DNA of 64,000 nucleotides. Origin: a virus. Lineage: Duplodnaviria > Caudoviricetes. A program made the position numbers and the translations under genes. The notes below the pieces were generated by a model. That model was not told where the DNA came from, did not search any database, and worked only from the letters and a program-made list of their open reading frames with translations. The DNA lies in the IMG/VR virus record IMGVR_UViG_3300044738_000005, positions 17,738-81,737 of that record; one strand, 5' to 3'. Shown here in pieces: positions 20,020-28,949 of this stretch. Every line of letters starts with the position of its first letter. Within the stretch, counting starts at the first letter, position 1.

Positions 20020-20778
20020 ATGACTCGCAACGAGGCGAAGCGCCGCCTTGAGACCCGCAAGGTCAAGGCTGCCCGCGCCAAGCGCCAGTGGCACAAGGCC
20101 CAGGAGGCCTACGAGAACGCGGCTGCGAAGCACCTGCCGATCCGTGAGCGGCTGAAGTACGAAGCCGCCCGCGCCAAGCGCGCCTACCTCAAGCGCCAGA
20201 AGGGCGTCAAGGAGGCCCGCGAGGCGTACTGGCAGCACCCTGACCGCTTCCGGGTCAAGCCGGAGCTTCGCAAGCTCTCCCAGGGCCGCTCGTCGCGCTA
20301 CGGGGCGAAGCCGACCCGCATCGTGCTGCACATCACCGTGTCGCATAACCGGCCGGGCCTCAGTGACGTGTCGGGCATGCTCTCCTACCTCTACCCGGCC
20401 AGCGTCGAGGCGTCCGCGCACATCGTCAACGACGCTGAGGGCCACGACGGCCGCTGCGTCGAGGACGACTACTCCGCGTGGACGCAGGCCGCGTACAACC
20501 GCGACTCGCTGTCCATCGAGCAGATCGAGTACGCCGACAAGCCCCGGGATGCCTGGTTCCGCGAGAACAAGGCGCAGTTGGAGAACACGGCGACGTGGAT
20601 CGCCCACTGGTCCCACCTGTACGACATCCCGATCAAGCAGTCCACGAGCCACGGGGTCTGCCAGCACCGCGACCTCGGTGCGGCCGGAGGCGGGCACTCC
20701 GACGTAGGCAACGGCTACCCGATGGACTACGTGCTCAACCGAGCACGTGCGATCCGCAAGCTGCTCTACCGTCACTGA
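20020..20778 (+). CDS. Endolysin, N-acetylmuramoyl-L-alanine amidase (Amidase_2-like)
   Basis: IVLHIT; SAHIV; WTQA..N..SLSIE; HRDL...HSD Zn ligands; basic N-terminal extension. Confidence 0.85.
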   Translation: MTRNEAKRRLETRKVKAARAKRQWHKAQEAYENAAAKHLPIRERLKYEAARAKRAYLKRQKGVKEAREAYWQHPDRFRVKPELRKLSQGRSSRYGAKPTRIVLHITVSHNRPGLSDVSGMLSYLYPASVEASAHIVNDAEGHDGRCVEDDYSAWTQAAYNRDSLSIEQIEYADKPRDAWFRENKAQLENTATWIAHWSHLYDIPIKQSTSHGVCQHRDLGAAGGGHSDVGNGYPMDYVLNRARAIRKLLYRH

Positions 20779-20831
20779 TGCCGCGCACCATCGTCTACCC
20801 ACGCGAATTGACCCACGACCCAGGAGGCCCT

Positions 20832-21032
20832 ATGTCACCGACCACCACCAAGTCCAAGAAGCCGACCAAGAAGCTGACCGTCGCGTCGGCTGTCGCGGTC
20901 GTGCTCTACGCGGTGTTCTCGCTGCTCGTGCACGCCGACAAGGAGGTCGAGAACGCGATCAACGTGGGCGTCCCCCTCGTGTTCGCGTACTTCACGCGCA
21001 ACGACCCGACCCCAGGCGGCGTCCCCGCCTGA
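20832..21032 (+). CDS. Putative holin
   Basis: AGGAGG RBS; basic N-terminus then two hydrophobic segments; directly after the endolysin. Confidence 0.6.
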   Translation: MSPTTTKSKKPTKKLTVASAVAVVLYAVFSLLVHADKEVENAINVGVPLVFAYFTRNDPTPGGVPA

Positions 21033-21091
21033 CCCCGGCTCACTGAGCCGCCTGGCTGTGTAACGCAACCTGGGGGTGATCCAAGTCTCGC

Positions 21092-21115
21092 CAAGGCCCG
21101 CTCCGGCGGGCCTTG
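21092..21115 (+). terminator. Terminator hairpin
   Basis: CAAGGCCCGC-tccg-GCGGGCCTTG. Confidence 0.7.
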
Positions 21116-21135
21116 TGCGTGCTAGGATGTAGAGC

Positions 21136-21381
21136 ATGTCCCTCGCAAGCCCCGTCAAGGCCTCGTGGTCCTACGACTTCGGTGAGTACACCGGCTCCGC
21201 GCTCGGCGCGCAGGCCGCCGTGTCGATCAACGCCGCCATCGCCACCGCACGCGCCCAGGCCGTCACCATGATCGCCTCAGGCAACTACGGCCCGACCAAC
21301 GGTGTCTACCGGGTGATCGTCCGTGCGGACGCGCTCGTGCCGCAGGGCTTCAGCGTCGAGGTCCGGCAGGTCACGTCCTGA
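21136..21381 (+). CDS. Hypothetical protein
   Basis: Leaderless TAGGAT (21123-21128) 7 nt before ATG. Confidence 0.6.
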   Translation: MSLASPVKASWSYDFGEYTGSALGAQAAVSINAAIATARAQAVTMIASGNYGPTNGVYRVIVRADALVPQGFSVEVRQVTS

Positions 21382-21923
21382 TGGCCTGCCCGCGCTCCAA
21401 CTCCAAGAACGACCGGCTGCGCAAGCACATCAACTCGCGGCTGGCCAAGCCATGGACGCTCAAGGCGCGCACGTCCCAGCACGTCCGGGCGCATCTGGAC
21501 AAGCACGGCTACGCCACGCCGCACTTCTCCTGGGACGAGCTTGCCTCCAACAACGGCGAGCGTGTCCCGGCCCGGCTGCGCTCCAACGCCATCCGCCACG
21601 CCTGGAACCTCGAACGCTTCCGGCACGCGCTCGGCGACGTGTCCATCAGCATCGACGGCCCGTACCGCTCGCCGTCCTACAACCGCCAGGTCGGCGGCGC
21701 ACAGAACAGCCGCCACACCTTCGCGGACGCTTCGGACTTCTTCGCGGCCCAGGTGGACCGCTGGGTGCGCCAGTCGGCCAAGCTGAAGTCCAAGGCCGAC
21801 GTGCTGCGCATCGCCAACCGCATCTGGTCCAAGGGCGGCGTCGGCAACGAGACCTCAGGCACGCTCCACGTGGACTCGCGCGGCTATCGCGCCAGGTTCG
21901 TCACGTGGACGGCCGCTCGATGA
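21381..21923 (+). CDS. Peptidase M15 (YcbK/D-Ala-D-Ala peptidase-like)
   Basis: YRSP.YN..VGGA.NS.H....A.D; LHVD.RG Zn motifs. Confidence 0.85.
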   Translation: MACPRSNSKNDRLRKHINSRLAKPWTLKARTSQHVRAHLDKHGYATPHFSWDELASNNGERVPARLRSNAIRHAWNLERFRHALGDVSISIDGPYRSPSYNRQVGGAQNSRHTFADASDFFAAQVDRWVRQSAKLKSKADVLRIANRIWSKGGVGNETSGTLHVDSRGYRARFVTWTAAR

Positions 21924-22015
21924 CCCCCAGGCTCCCTGGCGGCGGAGAGCTTGCTGCGATCCTGATTCTCGGGCTCGCCGCTGTGGCGCTCTGTGTGCTC
22001 CTGATCCACCGCTGA
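21920..22015 (+). CDS. Small single-TM peptide
   Basis: 31 aa with LAAILILGLAAVALCVLLI; ATGA overlap. Confidence 0.4.
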   Translation: MTPRLPGGGELAAILILGLAAVALCVLLIHR

Positions 22016-22071
22016 GGTCCATGGGGTCCCTCACGGCCTCCGAGGCCGGGAGAGCGCCCGCACGAGGCCTC

Positions 22072-23517
22072 TCAGCGTCCCCAGGCAGCCGGGTTGTTGT
22101 AAAGTTCGGCCAGGGTGGCCACGGGAAGCTCCTGATGGACGACTTCGCCCTCGATCACTTCGTCCTCGGCGTCCCAGGGGGTCCCTTCGCCAGTCTCTAG
22201 GTCGGCCAAGGTCCGAACGTCCGGCACGCCGATGTTGACCAGGCCCCAGTGGGCCAGCAGCGCGGCCGACACTTCGTCGTCGTGGCCGGTGCCCGCCTCG
22301 AACTTCCAGCGGCCGGTGGTCTCGGAGATCGTGTAGCCGTAGGACTCGAACTCGCGCACCTGATCCGGGCAGATGTAGGCGTGCCCGCGTTCGAGGTCGG
22401 CCGCCAGCAGCATCACGGCCTGCTGCTTCCACTGGTTGGTGAACTTGATTGGCACGGCGTCGATGCCCTCGAAGGAGAGATCGTCGTACACCACGTCGCC
22501 GATGCCGGTGGAGTCCATGAAGATCGACACGTCCGTCGCGCCTCGGTCGTAGAGGTTGGCGATGGCCGCCCCGATGCGCCGCCGTTGCTCTGGCCACGAC
22601 ACCGAGTTGAACCGCTCGTGGTAGACCGGTCGCCGGTTGCCCGCGTTGTAGGCGATCAGCACCGTGAAGTCGTTGTACTTGGCGAGGTCGATGCCCATGA
22701 CGACGTGGCCCCTAGGCGTGCTGAGGGGCTGCACGGCCTCGTCACCGAAGCGGAACACGCTGGCCGAGGCGCTGATGAACTCCGCCAGGACCTCCTGCTC
22801 GTAGATAGCTGCCGGCAAAATCTCCTTCTGCCGCTCCCACTCCGACTCGGGGATCGTGGGGTTCGTGAACGAGGGGAAGCGCCACGACTTGAAGTCGGTC
22901 ACGAGATCGTCCTGGCCCTCCACCCAGAGGCGGTAGTACCAGTTCTTGCCGCGCGGTGTGGAGATCATCAGCGCGCCGCCCTGGCGGTCGGCCAGCGTCG
23001 GCTGCACGATCTGGAACCAGACGTTCTCGGGCATCGTGGCGGCCTCGTCCAAGATCACGAAGTCGGCCGAGCCGCCCAGCATGCCCTCAGGCCGGTCGGC
23101 GGAGTAGAACTCCATGCGCGAGCCGTTGGTGAACTTGAGCGTCACGGAGCGGCCAGCATCGAAGGCGGTCTCAGGCGGAGGGGCGTGGGTGAGAAGCTCG
23201 GGCGGAAGCTGCTTGAGGACCTCGGAGTAGCCGCGCTTGACGTTCTTGTAGATAGGGGCGATCCACCAGATGATCTTGCCGGGGTGGTTGCGGGCCTCAC
23301 GCAGCGCGCGGGCCGCGCCCACCTTGGTCTTGCCCCAGCGGCGTCCGGCGCAGAGGATCAGGAACCGCTCGTCGGCCATAAGCACGTCGCGCTGGCCCTC
23401 GGAGTGCGGGACCAGCATGTACTTCTGCAGCTTCTTCAGGAGCCGCTGGGCGGCTTCCGGGTTCGACTGGATGGCCGCCATCGCCCGCTCGGGCGTGGGC
23501 TTGCGCTGCGTGGTCAT
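22072..23517 (-). CDS. Terminase large subunit
   Basis: CAGRRWGKT Walker A; VILDEA Walker B; ISTPRG; MGIDLA and HDDEV nuclease motifs. Confidence 0.93.
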   Translation of the reverse strand: MTTQRKPTPERAMAAIQSNPEAAQRLLKKLQKYMLVPHSEGQRDVLMADERFLILCAGRRWGKTKVGAARALREARNHPGKIIWWIAPIYKNVKRGYSEVLKQLPPELLTHAPPPETAFDAGRSVTLKFTNGSRMEFYSADRPEGMLGGSADFVILDEAATMPENVWFQIVQPTLADRQGGALMISTPRGKNWYYRLWVEGQDDLVTDFKSWRFPSFTNPTIPESEWERQKEILPAAIYEQEVLAEFISASASVFRFGDEAVQPLSTPRGHVVMGIDLAKYNDFTVLIAYNAGNRRPVYHERFNSVSWPEQRRRIGAAIANLYDRGATDVSIFMDSTGIGDVVYDDLSFEGIDAVPIKFTNQWKQQAVMLLAADLERGHAYICPDQVREFESYGYTISETTGRWKFEAGTGHDDEVSAALLAHWGLVNIGVPDVRTLADLETGEGTPWDAEDEVIEGEVVHQELPVATLAELYNNPAAWGR

Positions 23518-23993
23518 GCCTCTACGGCGTCGGTGATCTCTTCGGCCGTTCCCTCCACAAGCGCAGGCTGCTCGACCCCGCGCTGTCGGTCGAAGGCCGA
23601 CATCAGGAGCCCCATGATCTCGGGGTTGTCCTCAAGGGCCGCCATGGTGTCGTTGATCACGTTGGGGTCCTTGTCGGCCTCGGACAGAGCGATCTTGAGC
23701 GGCCGGTCGAGGTACTCCTTGCGAATCTTCAGCAGCGTGTCGGTGTCGAGGTCGGAAGCCTCCTGCAGGCGGCCCTCGATGATGGCGTCGATCTTCCGGC
23801 CGATGCGCGCGATCCGCTCCTGGGCGAAGCGCGAGGCGTGCGCCTGGACCCTAGGGTCCTTCGTCCAGTCGGTGATCGTGTCCACGTGACAGTTGAACTC
23901 GGCCGCCATTTCGGGACGGGCCATGCCGCCGATGTAGGCCTCGGCTACGAGCTTGGCGAACTCGGGGTTGTCGATGCGGGACAGGCGCGGCAT
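23514..23993 (-). CDS. Terminase small subunit (HTH)
   Basis: N-terminal HTH-like segment; ATGA-coupled to TerL; leaderless TACCTT at 24000-24005. Confidence 0.65.
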   Translation of the reverse strand: MPRLSRIDNPEFAKLVAEAYIGGMARPEMAAEFNCHVDTITDWTKDPRVQAHASRFAQERIARIGRKIDAIIEGRLQEASDLDTDTLLKIRKEYLDRPLKIALSEADKDPNVINDTMAALEDNPEIMGLLMSAFDRQRGVEQPALVEGTAEEITDAVEA

Positions 23994-24067
23994 GCACTCA
24001 AGGTACCGTTAGGCCTGCCAGAAGCAGCGGATTCCGCGCCGCCCTGGGGTTCCTGAGGGGGGTGCGG

Positions 24068-24355
24068 TCAAAAGTACGGCTCGATGCGGCCGTCGTCGTA
24101 GACCAGACGGCACTCCCACAGGTGCGAGTCAGCAGCGATGCAGAGCCGGTCGGCCAGATCGAGCTTGATCGCTGGGTGCGGGTTCTTGTCGGTTGGCCGC
24201 GAGGCCAGCACTCGGTAGACGGTGCGCGTGGATGTGTCGGCCTTGGAGGCGATCAGCGCAACGCTGTCGCCTTCGTCCTCTGCGTCAGGCTGGACGACTC
24301 GCCGGAGGATCGTCTGTACGTCCTCCGTCAGCACCTTGGGTTCTGGTTCCGGCAT
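24068..24355 (-). CDS. XRE/Cro-like HTH DNA-binding protein
   Basis: VALIASKADTSTRTVYRVL HTH; I.LDLADRLC helix. Confidence 0.65.
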   Translation of the reverse strand: MPEPEPKVLTEDVQTILRRVVQPDAEDEGDSVALIASKADTSTRTVYRVLASRPTDKNPHPAIKLDLADRLCIAADSHLWECRLVYDDGRIEPYF

Positions 24356-24542
24356 GCTCTTCCTCTCGTAGGTTGAGCAGCGTGGGGGTGCTGATACGCG
24401 GTACTAGGACGCCTTCGAGCTTCGCCAAGAACTCCGGCGAGTGGTGCACGGGACAGTCCCAGGTCCCGACCGGGTAGGCCGGGTTGGGGTCAAACGGCGG
24501 GCACGTGCAGAGGCTCCGGCGGGCCTGCATGTTGACACTCAC
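24285..24542 (-). CDS. Hypothetical protein (CxC...CxxH)
   Basis: ORF in coupled chain; overlaps the next gene. Confidence 0.4.
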   Translation of the reverse strand: MSVNMQARRSLCTCPPFDPNPAYPVGTWDCPVHHSPEFLAKLEGVLVPRISTPTLLNLREEEHAGTRTQGADGGRTDDPPASRPA

Positions 24543-24763
24543 GGGACGTGGACGGCCGCGCCCGTCAAGTCGTAGGACAGTCCGTCCTGCGACCGCTTGT
24601 AGAACTGCTCGCCGTAGATGACCCCGGGGACGAAGGTGATCGCCGTGGTGTGCGGCTTGACGGCCTCCGGGGAGACCCAGCCTGCCTGGGGGTCCTCAAG
24701 CTCGTGACCTGCGACCTCGCGCAGTCCCAGAGCCTCGACGTAGCTGCGCGTCAGGTACTTCAT
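24539..24763 (-). CDS. Hypothetical protein
   Basis: MKYLTRSY... start coupled to the upstream stop. Confidence 0.5.
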   Translation of the reverse strand: MKYLTRSYVEALGLREVAGHELEDPQAGWVSPEAVKPHTTAITFVPGVIYGEQFYKRSQDGLSYDLTGAAVHVP

Positions 24764-25020
24764 CGCGGCAGCAGGAGCAGAGACTGGCCGATGATGTGCA
24801 CGTCGCAATCGGCCTCGTCGGCGATGGCCAGCACGCGCTGCAGCTTGTCCGGGCCGAAGCGCCCGACGCCTAGGGGCGCGGACACCTGATAGTTCTCGGA
24901 CGGCGCGATGTTCTCGTGGTAGCTGAAGCTGATGTGTGCGTCGAGCTTGGCCTCCGCGAGGGCCGTCCAGAGCGCAAGCGCGCGGGCCTTGTCCATGCGT
25001 GCTGTAGGCATCGGCTTCAC
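24760..25020 (-). CDS. Hypothetical protein
   Basis: 86-aa coupled ORF. Confidence 0.5.
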   Translation of the reverse strand: MKPMPTARMDKARALALWTALAEAKLDAHISFSYHENIAPSENYQVSAPLGVGRFGPDKLQRVLAIADEADCDVHIIGQSLLLLPR

Positions 25021-25532
25021 TCCTTGCCGGGGTTGTCGTTGCCCTTGAACGCCATGCCTTCGACGCCCTTCGCACCGCGCGAGACCGCCAGGTAGTAGAC
25101 GCCGTGGCGGATCGAGTCGTTGGCGTGACGGTTCTCGTGGAGCGGCCGGAAGAACAGCGCCTCGGCTCCGGCTGCCTCAGCCTGCCGCTTGATCTTGGCA
25201 GGCTGCAGCACGAAATCGATGCCGAGCAGGCGAGCGAAGAAGGTCAGCGCGCCGATCAAGCGGGCCGTGCGACACTGGTCCCAGTCCAGCGCGCCGGACG
25301 CGATCTCGTCCGGGTAGAGCCGCCAGTCCTCGGCCACGATCACGTCCACGCCGGGGTGGAGTAGCTCGCTGATCCAGGCGGTGTCCTCGTTGTCGATGGT
25401 CCCATGGAGCCCCGCCCACACGGCGTCGGCGAAGTGCCAGAGCTTCTCGGTGCCCGCGTCGATCAACTGGTTACCCTCCCAGACCGAGAAGCCCGTGTCC
25501 TCGCCGGGGTCCACGCAGAGCATCCGGCCCAT
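25017..25532 (-). CDS. RuvC-like Holliday junction resolvase
   Basis: LCVDPGEDTG; VIVAED; QPAKIK; HANDS acidic RNase H-fold motifs. Confidence 0.75.
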   Translation of the reverse strand: MGRMLCVDPGEDTGFSVWEGNQLIDAGTEKLWHFADAVWAGLHGTIDNEDTAWISELLHPGVDVIVAEDWRLYPDEIASGALDWDQCRTARLIGALTFFARLLGIDFVLQPAKIKRQAEAAGAEALFFRPLHENRHANDSIRHGVYYLAVSRGAKGVEGMAFKGNDNPGKE

Positions 25533-25533
25533 G

Positions 25534-25740
25534 TCAGCCGCCTCGGCCGGTCCAGGGGAAGTGCACGTGGACCTCGTTGCCGTTCTTCACGGTCTCGAAG
25601 TTCGCACGGATCGACTCAGCCTGCTCGGCAGCCTGCTCAAGCACGTTGGCCCAGAAGGCCTGAAGCACGGCATCGGCCGTGGCGTTCTCGGTGTAGGTGA
25701 TGCGCGACCGGATGGTGTTGTCGATGCTGAAGTCAGTCAT
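25534..25740 (-). CDS. Hypothetical protein
   Basis: 68-aa ORF in operon. Confidence 0.5.
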   Translation of the reverse strand: MTDFSIDNTIRSRITYTENATADAVLQAFWANVLEQAAEQAESIRANFETVKNGNEVHVHFPWTGRGG

Positions 25741-26026
25741 CGACCTTCACCTTGGAGATCACGATGCGGTCGCGGAACTCGACGGGCAGGAACGGGTCGA
25801 GGACCTTCTTGACCTCCTGAGTGAGCGGATCACGCTCCCACTTGTAGCCGACCGGATGCGAGTCCACCTTCAGGCCCTCAGCCAGCAGGATGCGCTCGGC
25901 CATGGAGACCGAGCAGTTGACGCGCAGGCGAATCCACTGGCGCAGGTCCACGAAGGACGGCGGCGTGTTGCGCAGACCCTTGAGCAGGCGGCGCTTGCGC
26001 TTCTCTGCGATGGGACGGTGGCTCAC
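25733..26026 (-). CDS. Hypothetical protein, possible S4-like RNA-binding domain
   Basis: DLRQWI.....SVSMAERIL..EGLKVDSHPV resembles the S4 pattern. Confidence 0.4.
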   Translation of the reverse strand: MSHRPIAEKRKRRLLKGLRNTPPSFVDLRQWIRLRVNCSVSMAERILLAEGLKVDSHPVGYKWERDPLTQEVKKVLDPFLPVEFRDRIVISKVKVDD

Positions 26027-26463
26027 TTGCCCTTGGCCTTCGGCTTGGGCTTCGCGGCGGGCTTCTCCGCCTGGGCCGGGGCGGGCGCAGCGTCCACGAC
26101 CGGCGGCGATGGCGTGACGGCCGCCTCGCGGGCCTGGCGCGCGAACACGGCCTCGGGAGCCTCGGCGCGCATGCGCGTGACGGGCTTCGTGACCTGCTCG
26201 GTGGTCGTGACCAGCGGCGTCGGCTCGGGCATGTACTCAACCTCGTACTCGCGGTTGCCGACCTCGACGGGCAGCGACGACGGCGGGCCGAACACGTCGA
26301 GGGGCTGGACGACCACGGACTCGCCGTTGGAGCCCGACCACTCGCCGAGCGACGGCGTGTTGGACGGAGACTTGCCGGTGACCTCGACGCGGTTCAGGTG
26401 CACCTTGTCCTTGTCAGTGAAGGGCACGGTGCGGCGGAGGATGGTTCCGTTCGGGTAGCTCAT
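26023..26463 (-). CDS. Hypothetical protein
   Basis: Leaderless TAGACT (26471-26476); Pro/Ala/Lys-rich tail. Confidence 0.55.
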   Translation of the reverse strand: MSYPNGTILRRTVPFTDKDKVHLNRVEVTGKSPSNTPSLGEWSGSNGESVVVQPLDVFGPPSSLPVEVGNREYEVEYMPEPTPLVTTTEQVTKPVTRMRAEAPEAVFARQAREAAVTPSPPVVDAAPAPAQAEKPAAKPKPKAKGK

Positions 26464-26487
26464 GTCACGTAGTCTAGCGGATTCGCC

Positions 26488-28305
26488 CTAGCTCTGCGCC
26501 CACTTGGGCACGAACGCGGGGTCCTTGGCCTCGGACCAGCGGTCGATGATCTCGCCCTCGGCTTCAAGCGGGACCTTCTCGATGATCGCCGGGTGATCGG
26601 TCATGGCTTCCTCGATCAGGTGCTTGACCTCCTTGGCGTCCTTCTCGGACACGTGAGCCACGATCTCGTCGTGGATCAGCGCGACGACCGGGACGCCCTG
26701 CTTGTGGAGCTTGACCAGCGCGGCCTTGAGTACGTCGGCGGCCGTGCCCTGGACGAGGTAGTTCATGTACTTGTACGCCTGCTTGCCCGGGTCGGCGCAG
26801 CGGTAACGGCGGCCGCTCGTGGCCTTCGCTGCGACGTAGCCACGGTCGTACAGCGCCCACTCAATGCGGTTCTGCAGCCGCCGCACTTCCGGGTAGGCAT
26901 CGTGATAGCGCCGGAGCATGAGCCGGGCCTCGTCCTGGCTGACGCGCTGCTGCTTGCGGATGGTGCGGATGCCGCCGCCGTAGACGATGGAGAAGTTGAA
27001 CGTCTTAGCCCGCTGGCGGGCTGACTCGACCTCGCCGCCGGGCCGCTTGCGGTCGCGGATGCCGATGAACTCGGCCGTCATCTTGTGCAGGTCCTTGCCC
27101 TCGCGCACGGCGTTGAGAATCTCGCCCTGGCCAGCGTAGAAGGCGAAGATTCGCATTTCGACGTTGGAGAGGTCGCACGCCACGAGCTTGTGGCCGGGCT
27201 CGGCTCGGAAGTTGTAGCGCAGGCGCAGATCGTCGCGGGGCTGGTTCTGCATGTTGGGGTCCGAGCACGACATGCGGCCCGTGCGCGCCCCGACCTGGCG
27301 GTAGTTCGCGTGCACGCGGCCGTCCGGGCTGATGTAGGGCATCTTCCACGCGCGGATACCGGTCTCGTAGCTGCGCGAGATCATCGGCTCGATGTACGTG
27401 CTCATGGCCTTGTACTCCGAGCGGAAGCGCAGGATCGCCTGGGCCAGCGGGTGCTCGACGGTGGCCAGGTTCTCGGCGTCCATCGACTCGTTGGTGACGA
27501 ACCGCAGGTCCGCGCCCTGGCGCTTCAGCGCCTCGTAAATCTGCTTGGACGACTTCGGGTTGAACTCGTACTCGATGGCGGTCGGGTCCTCGATGCCCTG
27601 GGCGGCGAGCTTCTCCGCTTCCTCTTCCAGGCGCTCGATGTTCTCCGTGACCTCGTGCAGGAGCATGCGGTAGCCAAGCTCGTCAGCAGGGAAGCCTCGA
27701 CGCTCGACGGCGAACAGCGCCGCGAGCACTTCACGCTCGAAGTCCACGACGCCCTTCAGGTCAGGCGTGGAGGCGATGATCGGGTCGTAGACCTCGCCGA
27801 TGCGGCGCGTCAACGACACGTCCTCAAGCCCGTAGGGGATCATCAGGTTGTGCGGCACGTCGGCGTAGTTGGGCTCGATCAGTTCAGTCCCGGCCTCCTT
27901 GGCGGCCTTCGCTCGGAGGCGGCGCTCGCCGGAGAGCCAGGCCTTGACCTGCTTCTGCAGGTCGTCGGAGCCTTCACCGAGGACCTCGTTGGCGACGGAC
28001 TTCAGCGCCATCGACCGGCGCTCGTCAATCGCGTGCGCGACGATCATGCCGTCGTGCCACTTGGACTCGTCCGGCAGCTTGAAGCCGTGGTTGAGCCCGA
28101 AGTGCAGATCGAACTTGGAGTTCCACGCCCGGATGCCGTCCGGGTCGTCCTGCGCGCGGTCGAACCACGTCTGGACCTGCTCCTTCCAGCCGCGCTCGCC
28201 GACCACGATGGCTTCGTTGGAGCCGTCCGGGGCCTCGAACTGGTACAGGAAGGCGTTGTGGTAGGGCCACTGAAGCCCGTCAGTCTCTACGTCGTACTCG
28301 ATCAT
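26488..28305 (-). CDS. polA: Family A DNA polymerase with 3'-5' exonuclease domain
   Basis: YDVETDG exo I; DLSNVEMR motif A; RQRAKTFNFSIVYG motif B; IHDEI motif C; GAAAGGA RBS. Confidence 0.95.
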   Translation of the reverse strand: MIEYDVETDGLQWPYHNAFLYQFEAPDGSNEAIVVGERGWKEQVQTWFDRAQDDPDGIRAWNSKFDLHFGLNHGFKLPDESKWHDGMIVAHAIDERRSMALKSVANEVLGEGSDDLQKQVKAWLSGERRLRAKAAKEAGTELIEPNYADVPHNLMIPYGLEDVSLTRRIGEVYDPIIASTPDLKGVVDFEREVLAALFAVERRGFPADELGYRMLLHEVTENIERLEEEAEKLAAQGIEDPTAIEYEFNPKSSKQIYEALKRQGADLRFVTNESMDAENLATVEHPLAQAILRFRSEYKAMSTYIEPMISRSYETGIRAWKMPYISPDGRVHANYRQVGARTGRMSCSDPNMQNQPRDDLRLRYNFRAEPGHKLVACDLSNVEMRIFAFYAGQGEILNAVREGKDLHKMTAEFIGIRDRKRPGGEVESARQRAKTFNFSIVYGGGIRTIRKQQRVSQDEARLMLRRYHDAYPEVRRLQNRIEWALYDRGYVAAKATSGRRYRCADPGKQAYKYMNYLVQGTAADVLKAALVKLHKQGVPVVALIHDEIVAHVSEKDAKEVKHLIEEAMTDHPAIIEKVPLEAEGEIIDRWSEAKDPAFVPKWAQS

Positions 28306-28949
28306 GTGGGGGTCCTTTCGACTGGGGCGATCTTGAACTCTAGCAGCAGGTTCGTGGTCAGCCGGAACCACTCCTGCAGCACGTTCTGGTCGGCGTACTT
28401 GGCGTGCAACGCGGCCTCGTCGGCGGGCGTGCCCTTGATCTTGCCCAGCAGCTTGAGCCTGCGGCCGTTTCCCGTCTGAAGCTCGGCTACACGAGCCTCG
28501 GGGTTGGTCGAGTAGCCGATCTTGGCGATGTTGCCGCCGTTGAGCCCAGGCGGGCCGTACTCTTCCTCGCCGATCAGGTAGACGTAGCCTTGGCGACCCT
28601 CCTGCTGACCACGAGCATCCCGCAGGACGCCCAGGGCGGCCTGGACCTCAGGATCGTCCTTGATCGGATCGCGCCTGGCCTTGTGCCCGGCTGACTTGAG
28701 CACCTTACCCAGCTTGACCAGCCGCTTGCCGCCGCCGTTGTACCAGTCGCAGAAGTCCTGCGCGGCCTCGCGGGCAGTAGCGCGCCAGCGACCAACGGGC
28801 TCCATCCCCGGACGACCATCACGTCGCGTGATCTGCGCGCGGTAAGGCTTGCTCCTTGGAGCACCGCTAGGCGTCTTGGTGCGGTCGTAGTTCACGCGGT
28901 CGTAGCCGGACTTGAGCGCAGGGTTGCGGAGATCGTCGGGCGTGATCAC
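28302..28949 (-). CDS. AP2-like DNA-binding plus GIY-YIG (T5orf172/MUG113-like) nuclease
   Basis: YRAQI...G..VGRW.TAREAA (AP2-like); GYVYLI...KIGYS.NPE.R...LQTG...E..LH...EWF. Confidence 0.7.
   Translation of the reverse strand: MITPDDLRNPALKSGYDRVNYDRTKTPSGAPRSKPYRAQITRRDGRPGMEPVGRWRATAREAAQDFCDWYNGGGKRLVKLGKVLKSAGHKARRDPIKDDPEVQAALGVLRDARGQQEGRQGYVYLIGEEEYGPPGLNGGNIAKIGYSTNPEARVAELQTGNGRRLKLLGKIKGTPADEAALHAKYADQNVLQEWFRLTTNLLLEFKIAPVERTPT

Noticed and set aside
22030-22052. Bidirectional terminator at the convergence of the two arms
   Set aside because: Only a 6-bp core stem with a 3-nt loop and no U-tract; too weak to list as a feature
22072-28305. Inteins or introns in terL or polA
   Set aside because: Both ORFs are normal length with contiguous motifs and no splicing signatures
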